Source: an uncultured Bacilli bacterium (GTDB taxonomy: Bacteria > Bacillota_I > Bacilli_A > RFN20 > CAG-826). From it: a stretch of DNA of 64,000 bases. The notes under the pieces are model-generated. The model did not search any database, had not been told where the DNA came from, and was given only the letters and a program-made list of their open reading frames with translations. The translations under genes and the position numbers were made by a program. Each line of letters begins with the position of its first letter. The stretch's first letter is position 1. Below, one piece after another: positions 1-9,460 of this stretch. Location: the NCBI GenBank assembly GCA_944368975.1, contig CALVXI010000003.1:65929-129928 (forward strand). Reading direction: 5' to 3'.

Positions 1-74
1 AATCTTCATAATCCATACTTATATATGGATTAATTGTATTATTATAGTTATTAATTGATTTAATTAATTTAACG

Positions 75-1616
75 CTAATAGCCATAATTATTCCTTATAA
101 AGTAATCATCATTAAAATTAATTTCATTAATGTTAATAGATTCAATAAAACTAATATTAAAAGTATCATTTACACAATAATATTCATTATATCGATCACT
201 TTTTAAGATATTTAAAATCTCACTACTAATTAAATCACTATTTATAATACTTTCTAGATTTATATCAATTTCTTTAATATCTATTAAAAACTTATAATCG
301 CTAAAATAATTATTTATATAATAATTAAATTGTTCATCATTTAAGGACTTATCTAAGTTACCTTTAACAATATTGATTAAAAGAAGTAATAATTCATCTT
401 TATATCCTAAGTCATAACATTTTTTAAAATAATCCTTAAAGAATAAAGAATATTTTAAGTAATAATCTTTCATAGTGATGATTTTCTTTAAAAAATCATC
501 ACTTAAAGAAGGAGTATATTTAATTTTTTTTAAAGTTAAAATATTAGGAAAGCGGAAATATAGTTCAAGCTTATCTTTATCTAATAAATAATTAAAAACT
601 TTTTGAGAATCATTATTATTTAAAGATAATAAAATTGATATTAAATGATTTTTATAAAAATTATTAATATCGAATTTATTTAAATTATCAATCAATATTT
701 TCATTGATAATTTATTAAATGGTAGAAATTCAATGTTCAAAATATCATTAATTATTTCAGGAAGAAATTTATAATTATTATTTAAGTCTACATAAATAAA
801 AGCTAAAAAAGATTTAGAACGCAAATTAAAAAATCTTAAAAAATCACTAACATATATAAAATTATATTTATAAACCTTAACTCCTTTATTAATTAAAGAA
901 TTAATCATCATTAAGTAATAGAATGGATCATAAGGATCTAAAGTTTTAAGAACTCTTAAATTATTTTTATTTAGCGCTAAATTATTTAAGATTTTATATA
1001 AAGTTTCTATATCATTTTCTCTAACAAATGATTTTAAATATTGATACCCTTCTAGATAGTCCTTTTTAAATAATGTTTTAAATTTATTAGTAAAATCATT
1101 TGTTAAAGATGATATATCGCTTTTATTATGTTTACTTATAAAACTATCGATATTATTCTTAGTGAATCTATATTCACTAATAATATCATCACTTATCATA
1201 TTTAATTTTAAGTATTTATTAATAGCTACTTTAAATAAGTTATTAGTGTTTATTGATAAGTCATCAAGAATAAGTTGATAATCCTTAAAATAAATATAAT
1301 AAGTTTTATTTAAATACGAAAAAGTTAAGGAATTATTACTAAAGAAAATAATATTAATATCTTCTTCATTATAATTATCATTTATATCCTTTAAGTTTAA
1401 TAAAGGAAGATGTAAGTGAAGATTAAAAATTATTTTTAAATTTAATGATAATAATTTATTATCATTAATATTTTCATAAAATTCAGAGGAATTAACTAAA
1501 TAACTTTTATTATTATCAACTAAATAAATGCTTGTCTTATCATTAATTTGATAAAGAATAATCCCATAATGTAATTCATTATGATAAAAAATCCTTCCTT
1601 TAGTAAAGTTATACAT
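75..1616 (-). CDS. hypothetical cytoplasmic protein, 513 aa, no recognisable family
   Basis: Uninterrupted 513-codon ORF in very AT-rich DNA, where random ORFs are short. Extreme N/K/I/Y/L/F/D composition. No signal peptide, TM segment or motif that I recognise. Confidence 0.55.
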   Translation of the reverse strand: MYNFTKGRIFYHNELHYGIILYQINDKTSIYLVDNNKSYLVNSSEFYENINDNKLLSLNLKIIFNLHLHLPLLNLKDINDNYNEEDINIIFFSNNSLTFSYLNKTYYIYFKDYQLILDDLSINTNNLFKVAINKYLKLNMISDDIISEYRFTKNNIDSFISKHNKSDISSLTNDFTNKFKTLFKKDYLEGYQYLKSFVRENDIETLYKILNNLALNKNNLRVLKTLDPYDPFYYLMMINSLINKGVKVYKYNFIYVSDFLRFFNLRSKSFLAFIYVDLNNNYKFLPEIINDILNIEFLPFNKLSMKILIDNLNKFDINNFYKNHLISILLSLNNNDSQKVFNYLLDKDKLELYFRFPNILTLKKIKYTPSLSDDFLKKIITMKDYYLKYSLFFKDYFKKCYDLGYKDELLLLLINIVKGNLDKSLNDEQFNYYINNYFSDYKFLIDIKEIDINLESIINSDLISSEILNILKSDRYNEYYCVNDTFNISFIESININEINFNDDYFIRNNYGY

Positions 1617-1702
1617 AAGGTAATTATATTTAATTATATATATTGATGCTATTTAAAAGTTAAAAGAATTTAAATAAAATTAGATTGAGGTTATATTTAT
1701 TT

Positions 1703-2650
1703 ATGGATTATTTTAATAAAAGTTCTAAGTTTATAGATATTATGGATAATGAATATTTAAAAGTTTTTAATGATCAATTTTTTCCTTGGGGAAATGATTA
1801 TGAAATACTTAAAGACCATTATTTAAGTGAAGCTAAAGAGTTATTAAATATTGATAGTGATTTTCTAATTGAAACTTTAAATGTTCTTCTTAATAAATTT
1901 ATTAAGAAAGAACAAGTAATTTATAAAGTTAATGAATATAGTTCTTTTTATTTATTAGATTTATATAAAGATAAAGATACTTTCTTTATAGTTCCTGGTG
2001 GAGGTTATGAAAAAGTTTGTTCATTAAATGAAGGATTTTTAGTTGCTCATTATTTAAATAAACTTGGATATAATGCTTTTATTTTAAATTATCGAGTTAA
2101 TAAAGAAGCTCATTATATTAATCCTTTAATTGATGTAAGTGACTCTATTAAATATATCATTAATAATAAAGATATATTTAATATAAAAACTAATAATTAT
2201 GGAATTATTGGTTTTTCAGCTGGTGGACATTTAGTTGGTAGTTTAGTAAGTGAAAAATTTAGAAATATATTAAATATTCCTAAACCTAGACTAGTCGTTT
2301 TATCTTATCCTGTTATTTCATTAATTAATAATCCTCATATTGGTTCAAGAGATAACTTTTTAAAAGAAGATAAGAATAATATATCCAAACAAGTTGATTT
2401 TAGCGTTAATAATTTAGTAAATAAATCATATCCGAATACTTATATTTGGAGTTTAGATTCTGATAACTGTGTAAATTTTTCTAATACTTTAGAAATGGTA
2501 GAAGCTTTAAAAAAATTTGATATACATTATGAATTAAAGGTATATCATGGATTAAATCATGGTTTAGGAGTTAGTATTAATTCAATTAGTGATAAATGGA
2601 TTGATGATATGATTAATTTTTATAATAAACTCATTATAAATGATCATTAA
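1703..2650 (+). CDS. alpha/beta-hydrolase fold esterase/lipase
   Basis: Has a PGGGY oxyanion-type motif, the nucleophile elbow GFSAGGH (GxSxG) and a C-terminal HGLNHG histidine region. The ORF track starts at TTG 1685. I prefer the in-frame ATG at 1703 (MDYFNK), which follows a GAGG. Confidence 0.7.
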   Translation: MDYFNKSSKFIDIMDNEYLKVFNDQFFPWGNDYEILKDHYLSEAKELLNIDSDFLIETLNVLLNKFIKKEQVIYKVNEYSSFYLLDLYKDKDTFFIVPGGGYEKVCSLNEGFLVAHYLNKLGYNAFILNYRVNKEAHYINPLIDVSDSIKYIINNKDIFNIKTNNYGIIGFSAGGHLVGSLVSEKFRNILNIPKPRLVVLSYPVISLINNPHIGSRDNFLKEDKNNISKQVDFSVNNLVNKSYPNTYIWSLDSDNCVNFSNTLEMVEALKKFDIHYELKVYHGLNHGLGVSINSISDKWIDDMINFYNKLIINDH

Positions 2651-2962
2651 TTTATTTGTTATTACTTAAATTTTTATATTTTATTCAGGTTTTGCAAGGT
2701 TTTTGGTATATTTTAAAGAAATTTAATAATACTTTTAATTTTTTCTTAACCCTACTATCTTTTAATTTATTATTGACTATTTAAAATTAAAATTTATACG
2801 ATGTATTCATATAATTTTAAATATTATTAATTTAATATTATCGCAATAACGATATAAATTAATATATTCCTATAATCCTTAATAATTACTCCTAAAGTGT
2901 TAAGTAAATATTCATATAGAAATTTATTTAATTATACTTGTTAAAAGCTTAGGAGGAAAAGA

Positions 2963-4723
2963 ATGAAAAGACATAATAAGAATTTTTTAGTTTTAGGATT
3001 ATTCGGTTTAGTTACTGGTTTATTAACTAGTTGTAACGATGTTAAACCTCATGCTATTAGTGTTGAAGAAGGTGACTTATCTTATGTTACTTTAGATAAA
3101 GTTTCAGCTAAGGAAGGTGAATTTGTTACAATAACTATTACAGTTCCTGAAGGTCAAGAAATTGATACTATTAAAATAAATGATACTGATTTAACTGTAA
3201 GTGATGAAACTATTTATACATTCGAAATGCCTAATGAAGATGTTGTAATTGATATTACTTTTAAAGATATAGATATAAATGAAGTTTTAACAAATTTCCA
3301 AAATAAACAAATTCAAGTAGAGCTCGATATAACAACAAATTACGTAACTGAAGGTTATGAAGACTTTACATTTACAACTCATATGTCTAATTTCTTTGGC
3401 TTAACAAGCTCAAGTTTCTATGAAGTAAATGAAGAAGATGGAACTGTTTATATTGATGAAAAATATTATAAAGATGAAGATGGTAATTTAGTTCTTAAAG
3501 AATTAGGAGCAACTAACGAGGTTTATGAAAGTACACTTAGTGATAAACCTATTAGTTATGACTTAGTTTTTGGTAATCCGTTTAATAGCTTAGAAAATAG
3601 TGATTTTATTAAAACTGAAGAGGGTTATGATTTAACTTCAGGTGAAACTAAGGAATTATTTATTGGTCAAATCAATTATTATGGCGGAGAAATGACTACT
3701 TTTTATCTATTACCTCTTAATAAAAATACGATTAAATTTTATGCTGAATCTACATTAACTGAAACTACTGCTTATTCTTATTTTAATGTTTATGATGGTA
3801 CTATCGAAATTACTTCAAAAGAAGAATTAACTGTAACTCCTGAAACAAGAAAAGAATATACTCCAATCGTTGAGAGTGCTTTAAACAAAATGGCTGAAGC
3901 TACTAGTTATACTTTAGATAGAGAAAGAATCGTAAATGGTGAACATTATGATTTAGAAGGTATTAAAGTAACTGAAGATGCTATTTTAACGCCACCTGAT
4001 ACCTTATTTGGAATTACTAACGAAAGTGGATATGCTATTTTCGATGATGGCAATTGGTATTATTATGAAATCGTTAATGGCATTGTTACACCAGATCTAT
4101 CTAGTGGGAATTTAGGAAGTGGAACTGAATATACTTACGGTCCAATATTTGATTATTTAGCTCCAGAAGTCTTTATTCAAGTCGATGAAACTCATTATGA
4201 AACCAAAACTGATTTTATTGCTTATGAAGCCTTAACCTATATTTTAGAAGGCGATGAAGCAGTAAGACTTGGTATTACTAGTCAATTTAGTACAAGTGGT
4301 AAGTTAACGTTAGAAATAGTCGATGAAACTTTAGTTAGCTATTCTTATACTTTGAATTATACTGAAGGATTTATACCAATTCCTATTGAAACTAAAGTTA
4401 CAATCAGCGATGTTAATACTACAACAATTGATTATACATTTACATTACCTCAAACTGCAGAATGGTTTAGTGACTATATAGGTAGTTATAGTGGAAGTCG
4501 TTATAATGGAAATACAGGTAAATTTGAAAATTACACATTAGTTATAAATAGTGCAACTGATATTCAAATAAATGGAATCAATGTTACAAATATTGTTTTA
4601 GAGCAAAATGAAACAGTCACTTTTACTTATGATGGCGTTAGTTGTGTTATTACAATTGATGATTGGGGAGATATTGCTTTTTATAGCGAAGGTATTGGTT
4701 CAATTGAATTTATAAGAGATTAA
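2963..4723 (+). CDS. surface lipoprotein: N-terminal beta-sandwich repeat module plus two-lobed paralogue-family body
   Basis: RBS AGGAGG lies upstream. Signal peptide ends in the lipobox LLTSC. The N-terminal module ends in YTFEMPNEDVVIDITFKD, the same module type as in 11180-13678. The body carries GNPFNSLENSDF and hinge motifs shared with 15616, 17098, 13813 and 20365. Confidence 0.75.
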   Translation: MKRHNKNFLVLGLFGLVTGLLTSCNDVKPHAISVEEGDLSYVTLDKVSAKEGEFVTITITVPEGQEIDTIKINDTDLTVSDETIYTFEMPNEDVVIDITFKDIDINEVLTNFQNKQIQVELDITTNYVTEGYEDFTFTTHMSNFFGLTSSSFYEVNEEDGTVYIDEKYYKDEDGNLVLKELGATNEVYESTLSDKPISYDLVFGNPFNSLENSDFIKTEEGYDLTSGETKELFIGQINYYGGEMTTFYLLPLNKNTIKFYAESTLTETTAYSYFNVYDGTIEITSKEELTVTPETRKEYTPIVESALNKMAEATSYTLDRERIVNGEHYDLEGIKVTEDAILTPPDTLFGITNESGYAIFDDGNWYYYEIVNGIVTPDLSSGNLGSGTEYTYGPIFDYLAPEVFIQVDETHYETKTDFIAYEALTYILEGDEAVRLGITSQFSTSGKLTLEIVDETLVSYSYTLNYTEGFIPIPIETKVTISDVNTTTIDYTFTLPQTAEWFSDYIGSYSGSRYNGNTGKFENYTLVINSATDIQINGINVTNIVLEQNETVTFTYDGVSCVITIDDWGDIAFYSEGIGSIEFIRD

Positions 4724-4740
4724 AATAACTTTAGATGGTG

Positions 4741-4792
4741 ATAAGAACTTCAATTTTAATTGATTGAGGTTCTTATTAAATTATTATTTTTG
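4741..4792 (+). terminator. Rho-independent terminator
   Basis: 13-bp stem ATAAGAACTTCAA / TTGAGGTTCTTAT with one G-U pair, a 10-nt loop, then a T-rich tail TTATTATTTTT. Confidence 0.6.
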
Positions 4793-5126
4793 GGATTTAT
4801 TATATAAAAGTATTTTAATTAGAAATTAATATCATTATCATTTAATATTAAGTTAATTTTTTATAAAAACCTTTCAAACCCCAGGATAAATTTTATTTTC
4901 TTAATTGAAAGGAACATAAAAATAGCAAATTAATTTAATTAAGTAGAACGTTTGTTGTAAATATCTTTTTTTGCTAAAAATAAAACTGCTAACTTTACAA
5001 TCTATTAAAATATGTGAGAATTATTAATATAACAAAATAGATGGTAATCTATGTTGCAAAGTCAAATTATATTTGACAAAAAAAATTGTTTTATTTCAAA
5101 ATATAATTAAGTAGAGGAGAAAAAAT

Positions 5127-6068
5127 ATGACCATTTTATCATTATTTTTAGTATTTTCGAGTTCGATTGTAGGAACTTTTGGAGAATCAACAATTAATAA
5201 TCAGCAAACTGCTGCAATTAAAGCAAAAGCTAGAGAAGCTTTAGGAGATGTCATTGATAAATATAATTTTGAAAATTATACGACCGAAATTAATATCATG
5301 GAATCTTATGCTAAACAAGAAATTTTAAATTATGCTGAAAAAGAGGGAATACTCGATAGTGAAATGATTGCAACTGGTAAAGAATTTCTCGCAAATGATC
5401 CTGATTTTGTAAAAGTTGAAAATATCGAATCACTTTATTTAATCAATGGAGGCATAACAAATCCTGCTGAAGATTATAATCCTTCAAATCCAAGAGGTCC
5501 AGGAAGAGGTGGAAGAGTTGTAGGAAAATCAAGTGTTGGTCCAGGAATGGGATTTGATAATCAAGGTGATGACATACCTGGTTGGAATGCAGAGTCACTA
5601 CCAATCAGAAATTCTGCAAATAATACAAACTATACTATAGGGATAAATGAAAATTTTGAAGATTATACTTTTATAGGTATAACTTTATCTAAAGATACTT
5701 GTATTAATTTTTATAATTTTATCGCAAATTGGCTTAATAACGAAGCTCTTGGAGATGCGTCAGATGCTTTGGAAATTATTGGCTATATAAATACATACAG
5801 CAGCATAATAGCTGTAAGTGTATTGGGTGAAATTATTGGGGCATTAACTGGATATTTTACTGGTATTTTTCAGTCACTAATGAGTATTATTTATACTGCT
5901 GGTCCAATAGGTCTATTGGTTGGCGTTATTGCATCAATAATGATTGTTTCAATAGTCTTCATTGTTGTTAGTATGTTTGTGCTTGGATATCAAGAGATGG
6001 GGTATCAAGTTGGTTTTAGAATATATAGTTTGTTTGACTGGGATTGGTATGAGGGTCCATTGTATTAA
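5127..6068 (+). CDS. secreted/membrane-inserting protein with Gly-rich linker and C-terminal hydrophobic Gly-rich helices, unknown family
   Basis: RBS GAGGAG lies 8 nt upstream. The N-terminus is hydrophobic (MTILSLFLVFSSSIVGTFG). The central linker is GPGRGGRVVGKSSVGPGMG. The C-terminal ~110 aa form 2-3 predicted TM helices (IIAVSVLGEIIGALTGYFTGIF, GPIGLLVGVIASIMIVSIVFIVVSMFVLG). Confidence 0.6.
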   Translation: MTILSLFLVFSSSIVGTFGESTINNQQTAAIKAKAREALGDVIDKYNFENYTTEINIMESYAKQEILNYAEKEGILDSEMIATGKEFLANDPDFVKVENIESLYLINGGITNPAEDYNPSNPRGPGRGGRVVGKSSVGPGMGFDNQGDDIPGWNAESLPIRNSANNTNYTIGINENFEDYTFIGITLSKDTCINFYNFIANWLNNEALGDASDALEIIGYINTYSSIIAVSVLGEIIGALTGYFTGIFQSLMSIIYTAGPIGLLVGVIASIMIVSIVFIVVSMFVLGYQEMGYQVGFRIYSLFDWDWYEGPLY

Positions 6069-7121
6069 TTGATGGTGACATCTATGAAATTAGAAAAGTT
6101 TATTAATTATAATGCTTTTAATAATTTAACTAAAATTAAAAGTTTTACATTTTATCTATGTTTTTCGTTAGTTACATTCTTTTTAGGATTTTTAATTATA
6201 GTTCTTAGTGGATTAACATCTAATCTACTAAATACTGAATTAGATTATGTTTATATTTTACAAAGTCAGTTATATTTAATCGCTGTAGTTATTCTTTTTA
6301 TATTTTTTATTATATTTTTAATGATCTTTATTTATAAAGCTAATAAAGATAATTTATTTACTAAAAAGATTTATAGTGTTTTAATTGCTTTAATATATTT
6401 TGTAATTTTAATAGGTGCGATAGTTACTGGAGTCTTATCTAAAAATATTACGATCAATTATTTAAACGAAATATGGAGTACAAGTTTTCCATATTTAGTA
6501 TTTATATTTGGTTTATTATTTTTTATTTATAATAGATTCTTAAACTTAGTTTTATTTAAAAAGTTACGTTTAAGATTCTTTGAAATATCAAAGATTAAAA
6601 GTGAAGCTGATAAAAATTCTTTATTAGAATCTAAAATATTAAAAAATGAGAATATTTTAAAGATTGATAGTAGTAGTTTATATGATTATAACAATAATTT
6701 TATTTTACTTAGCTTAAATCTATTTGCTATTGGAATAATATTTACTTTTGGTGGATATATTTATGATAGTAATTTTCTAGTATTTTTAAATTCAGTTAAA
6801 GTGTTCTTAGTTTATGGATTTATTTATTCAATTCTAATAGTAATTTATTATAGCGTTAAATATAAAACTTTTAATAAACTGAGTGTATGTTTAGTTTTAA
6901 TAATTATTCCTATTTTAATCGTATTATTAGAAGTATTTTTTTCTCTTTTTACTCAAACTTATTCTTTCAATGAAAATAGTGAATTAGTTCTCCATATTAA
7001 TCCGGCATATTTCTTTTTCTTATTTATGCCTCTATCTTTAATTTATTCGATTTATAGTGGAATATGTATAAATAGAAATCTAAAAAGATTGATGATTTAT
7101 AAAAGAAATTTAAGTGAATAA
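6069..7121 (+). CDS. polytopic membrane protein (about 8-9 TM), paralogue of 8286-9281
   Basis: Begins directly after the TAA of the upstream gene (TAA TTG ATG), so it is probably translationally coupled. The start is ambiguous between TTG 6069, ATG 6072 and ATG 6084. It is rich in F/I/L/Y with a central charged loop. It shares DNLFTKKIYSVLIALIYF with NNIFKKKDIIAIYVIYF in 8286-9281. Confidence 0.65.
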   Translation: MMVTSMKLEKFINYNAFNNLTKIKSFTFYLCFSLVTFFLGFLIIVLSGLTSNLLNTELDYVYILQSQLYLIAVVILFIFFIIFLMIFIYKANKDNLFTKKIYSVLIALIYFVILIGAIVTGVLSKNITINYLNEIWSTSFPYLVFIFGLLFFIYNRFLNLVLFKKLRLRFFEISKIKSEADKNSLLESKILKNENILKIDSSSLYDYNNNFILLSLNLFAIGIIFTFGGYIYDSNFLVFLNSVKVFLVYGFIYSILIVIYYSVKYKTFNKLSVCLVLIIIPILIVLLEVFFSLFTQTYSFNENSELVLHINPAYFFFLFMPLSLIYSIYSGICINRNLKRLMIYKRNLSE

Positions 7122-7132
7122 TTTAAGTAAAA
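7092..7132 (+). repeat. 41-bp direct repeat, copy 1 (3' end of gene 6069-7121)
   Basis: ATGATTTATAAAAGAAATTTAAGTGAATAATTTAAGTAAAA recurs at 7275-7315 with a single mismatch. Confidence 0.9.
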
Positions 7133-7174
7133 ACTCTAAAACCTTCAAAAAAAGTTAAATTTATCATTTTAACC

Positions 7175-7206
7175 GCAAAATACTGTAATAAATTACAGCA
7201 ATTTGC
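7175..7206. repeat. imperfect inverted repeat (15-2-15) between the two 41-bp direct repeats
   Basis: GCAAAATACTGTAAT AA ATTACAGCAATTTGC has 13 of 15 arm positions complementary. The half-site CTGTAATAAA recurs directly at 7206-7215. Confidence 0.7.
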
Positions 7207-7214
7207 TGTAATAA

Positions 7215-7304
7215 AATACAATATTTTGTTGCATATTATTTTTCATACTATTAAATATTAAAGAGATTATCTTAATGATTAATAAAAGAAATTTAAGTGA
7301 ATAA
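7215..7304 (+). pseudogene. 3'-terminal remnant of a third paralogue of the 6069/8286 membrane-protein family
   Basis: This short open frame reads NTIFCCILFFILLNIKEIILMINKRNLSE*. The intact gene ends ...ICINRNLKRLMIYKRNLSE*. Similarity therefore extends beyond the 41-bp nucleotide repeat. There is no upstream gene body. Confidence 0.4.
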
Positions 7305-7315
7305 TTTAAGTAAAA
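7275..7315 (+). repeat. 41-bp direct repeat, copy 2
   Basis: ATGATTAATAAAAGAAATTTAAGTGAATAATTTAAGTAAAA matches copy 1 at 40 of 41 positions, 183 bp downstream. Confidence 0.9.
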
Positions 7316-7436
7316 CCTTAAAAATAAATGTGGTTTTAAAGGCTTTTTAAATAAATTTAGGCAAATCTAGAAGATATTTTATCACTAAAATTTAAAATTA
7401 ATTTTCAAGAAAAGCTAAATAAGGTATAATAATCAT

Positions 7437-8054
7437 ATGGAAAAGAATCAAGTTAATCAAGAAAGTAGCAAAGATAGTTTTATTTTTATAGTTATTTCAT
7501 TATTTTTAATTTGCATTATTGGAATAGTTTTAGCATATTTCCTTTATTTTAAGAATAAGGCAATTGTTGATAGCGAAAAGATGATTGAGGACTATATAGC
7601 AAATTTTGATAAAGAAAAAGCTATAACTGATACAAATTATTTATCTTTAGAAGTTAGTGAAACCGTTGAAGATTTAACAGTTACAACTAAAACAACGATT
7701 GACTATAGCGATGAGACAAATATGTTTTATGAACTTCAAATTGATGACATATTAATAAGCTCTATTTATAAAGAAAATGATGCATATATTTTAAATAATG
7801 TAGAATTAGCTAGTGATGTAACTGATGAATTAATTAAATCTTATTTAAATACATTATTAACTACTTATATTAATGATGTTCTTTATTATGATGTATGTTT
7901 AGATACTTATGAAATTAGTGATCCTACTTATTCGTTAAGTGATGATATTTTAACTTTAACAAGTGGTACAAAAGTGGCAACCTTTAATAAGCTTGGATTA
8001 ATAACTAGTTATAGTGATAATGGTATAAGTTTAAATGCTTCATATATAAAGTAA
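7437..8054 (+). CDS. N-terminally membrane-anchored protein, 205 aa, unknown function
   Basis: Single TM segment (FIFIVISLFLICIIGIVLAYFLYF) followed by a ~160-aa acidic T/D/S-rich ectodomain. TATAAT at 7425-7430 lies only 6 nt before the ATG, so the mRNA may be leaderless. A weak AAGG at 7421-7424 is an alternative RBS. Confidence 0.55.
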   Translation: MEKNQVNQESSKDSFIFIVISLFLICIIGIVLAYFLYFKNKAIVDSEKMIEDYIANFDKEKAITDTNYLSLEVSETVEDLTVTTKTTIDYSDETNMFYELQIDDILISSIYKENDAYILNNVELASDVTDELIKSYLNTLLTTYINDVLYYDVCLDTYEISDPTYSLSDDILTLTSGTKVATFNKLGLITSYSDNGISLNASYIK

Positions 8055-8285
8055 TTTAGTTAATTGAGCTCTTTAAAGACAATAATTTAATGAATGCAGT
8101 TTATATAAAAGAGTAATAGTAAGAATTAATAAAATTTTTAAAGATTTACTAAATTATGATGTCTATTTAATAGAAAATACTAAATCTTATATAAAATTAA
8201 GTTTATTATGAATTTTATTTATCGATGTGACAATATATCATGAATAAATAATATCTTAACAATTTAAAAACTAAGACTATATCAA

Positions 8286-9281
8286 TTGAAGAGATTAAAA
8301 TTAAGTATGTTTGAATTTAATAGAAATAACTCTAATATAGAAACAAATATAGATAATTTAAAAATAAAAAAATTTATTTTAAGTATCTCAGTGATTAATT
8401 TTTTATTCTACGTCTTTTTCTTAACCAATTTTATTTTTATTGGACTCTATTCTTTTATGGGAGATTATAGTGAATTTGCAATTAATGTTAATAAAATAGG
8501 AATTGTAGTAAGTGATATTATTTTCTTTATAATTTTTTTCTTATTTTTGCTTATTAATATAAGCGGTAATGGAATAAAAAATAATATCTTTAAAAAGAAG
8601 GATATAATCGCTATTTATGTTATTTATTTTCTCTTTTTAAAATTAACAATAGCCTTAGTATTTAGTATTAAAAATATCTATATTGATCATACTTATAATG
8701 TATTTGGTTCTTTATTAACATATTTTTATTTATTTATACTTCCGATATTTTACATATTTACAATATTCATTAGATATAGATATATAAATAAAGTTTTAAT
8801 GGATGTAACGAATGAAGATTCATTAAAAATTTATTACTTAAGAAGGAGTTTATATTGCGTTACTATTAATTGCATTTTATTTAGTTATTTTTATATTGGC
8901 GGTGGATATCTATATTTTGATTTTAATAGTAGTTTATTTTTTTATTTATTTGAATTAAGTTTACTTAGCTTTCTTTATAATTTTGTAATCTACATTATTC
9001 ATTTAACGAAAACAAAGATAATTAAAAATAAAATATTATTAATAATTTCAATTATTTTTCCTCAATTAATAATTTCTTCAGGAATTATATTTAGAGAAAA
9101 TTATTTTTCTTATGAGGTAGTTAATAACATTTTTAAAATAAGTTATTCTTATCCATTATATTTGGCAATTATTATGTTCTTAATTTATTTATTTTATTTC
9201 ATATTTGTTTATTCCTTTATTCTCTATAAATTAAAAGATTTTAGTTTATCTAATATTCTTAAGAATAACATAAAAGTTTAA
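8286..9281 (+). CDS. polytopic membrane protein (about 8 TM), paralogue of 6069-7121
   Basis: Long ORF of very hydrophobic F/I/L/Y composition with the same TM/loop layout as 6069-7121. The track start is TTG 8286. An alternative start is ATG 8307 (MFEFNRNN). Confidence 0.6.
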   Translation: MKRLKLSMFEFNRNNSNIETNIDNLKIKKFILSISVINFLFYVFFLTNFIFIGLYSFMGDYSEFAINVNKIGIVVSDIIFFIIFFLFLLINISGNGIKNNIFKKKDIIAIYVIYFLFLKLTIALVFSIKNIYIDHTYNVFGSLLTYFYLFILPIFYIFTIFIRYRYINKVLMDVTNEDSLKIYYLRRSLYCVTINCILFSYFYIGGGYLYFDFNSSLFFYLFELSLLSFLYNFVIYIIHLTKTKIIKNKILLIISIIFPQLIISSGIIFRENYFSYEVVNNIFKISYSYPLYLAIIMFLIYLFYFIFVYSFILYKLKDFSLSNILKNNIKV

Positions 9282-9427
9282 AAGACTTTAAAATATTTAA
9301 GAAGGGATAGCTACTTGATTTAAGTTGAATAGAAAAATAACGTAACTTTAATAATCAATTAAAAATAATTTAAGTATGCAATGCTTATAAATTATTAAAT
9401 AAAAAAACTATGTAAAATTTTTTTATA

Positions 9428-9436
9428 TGATAATAT
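9428..9436 (+). promoter_or_regulatory. candidate extended -10 promoter element (TGATAATAT)
   Basis: TG-N-TAATAT lies 25 nt upstream of ATG 9461 and ahead of the RBS AGAGG. It sits inside a 6-5-6 inverted repeat ATGATA ATATA TATCAT. No good -35 element is present. Confidence 0.3.
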
Positions 9437-9460
9437 ATATCATTGTTTTAGAGGTAACTT

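Noticed and set aside
1-74. A possible minus-strand gene start (ATGGAT... from position 16 leftwards) at the window edge.
   Set aside because: Only about five codons are visible, so it cannot be supported.
5073-5107. Perfect TTGACA (5073-5078) and TATAAT (5102-5107) upstream of gene 5127.
   Set aside because: The spacer is 23 nt, far from the 16-18 nt needed for a sigma-70-type promoter. No better-spaced partner hexamers were found.
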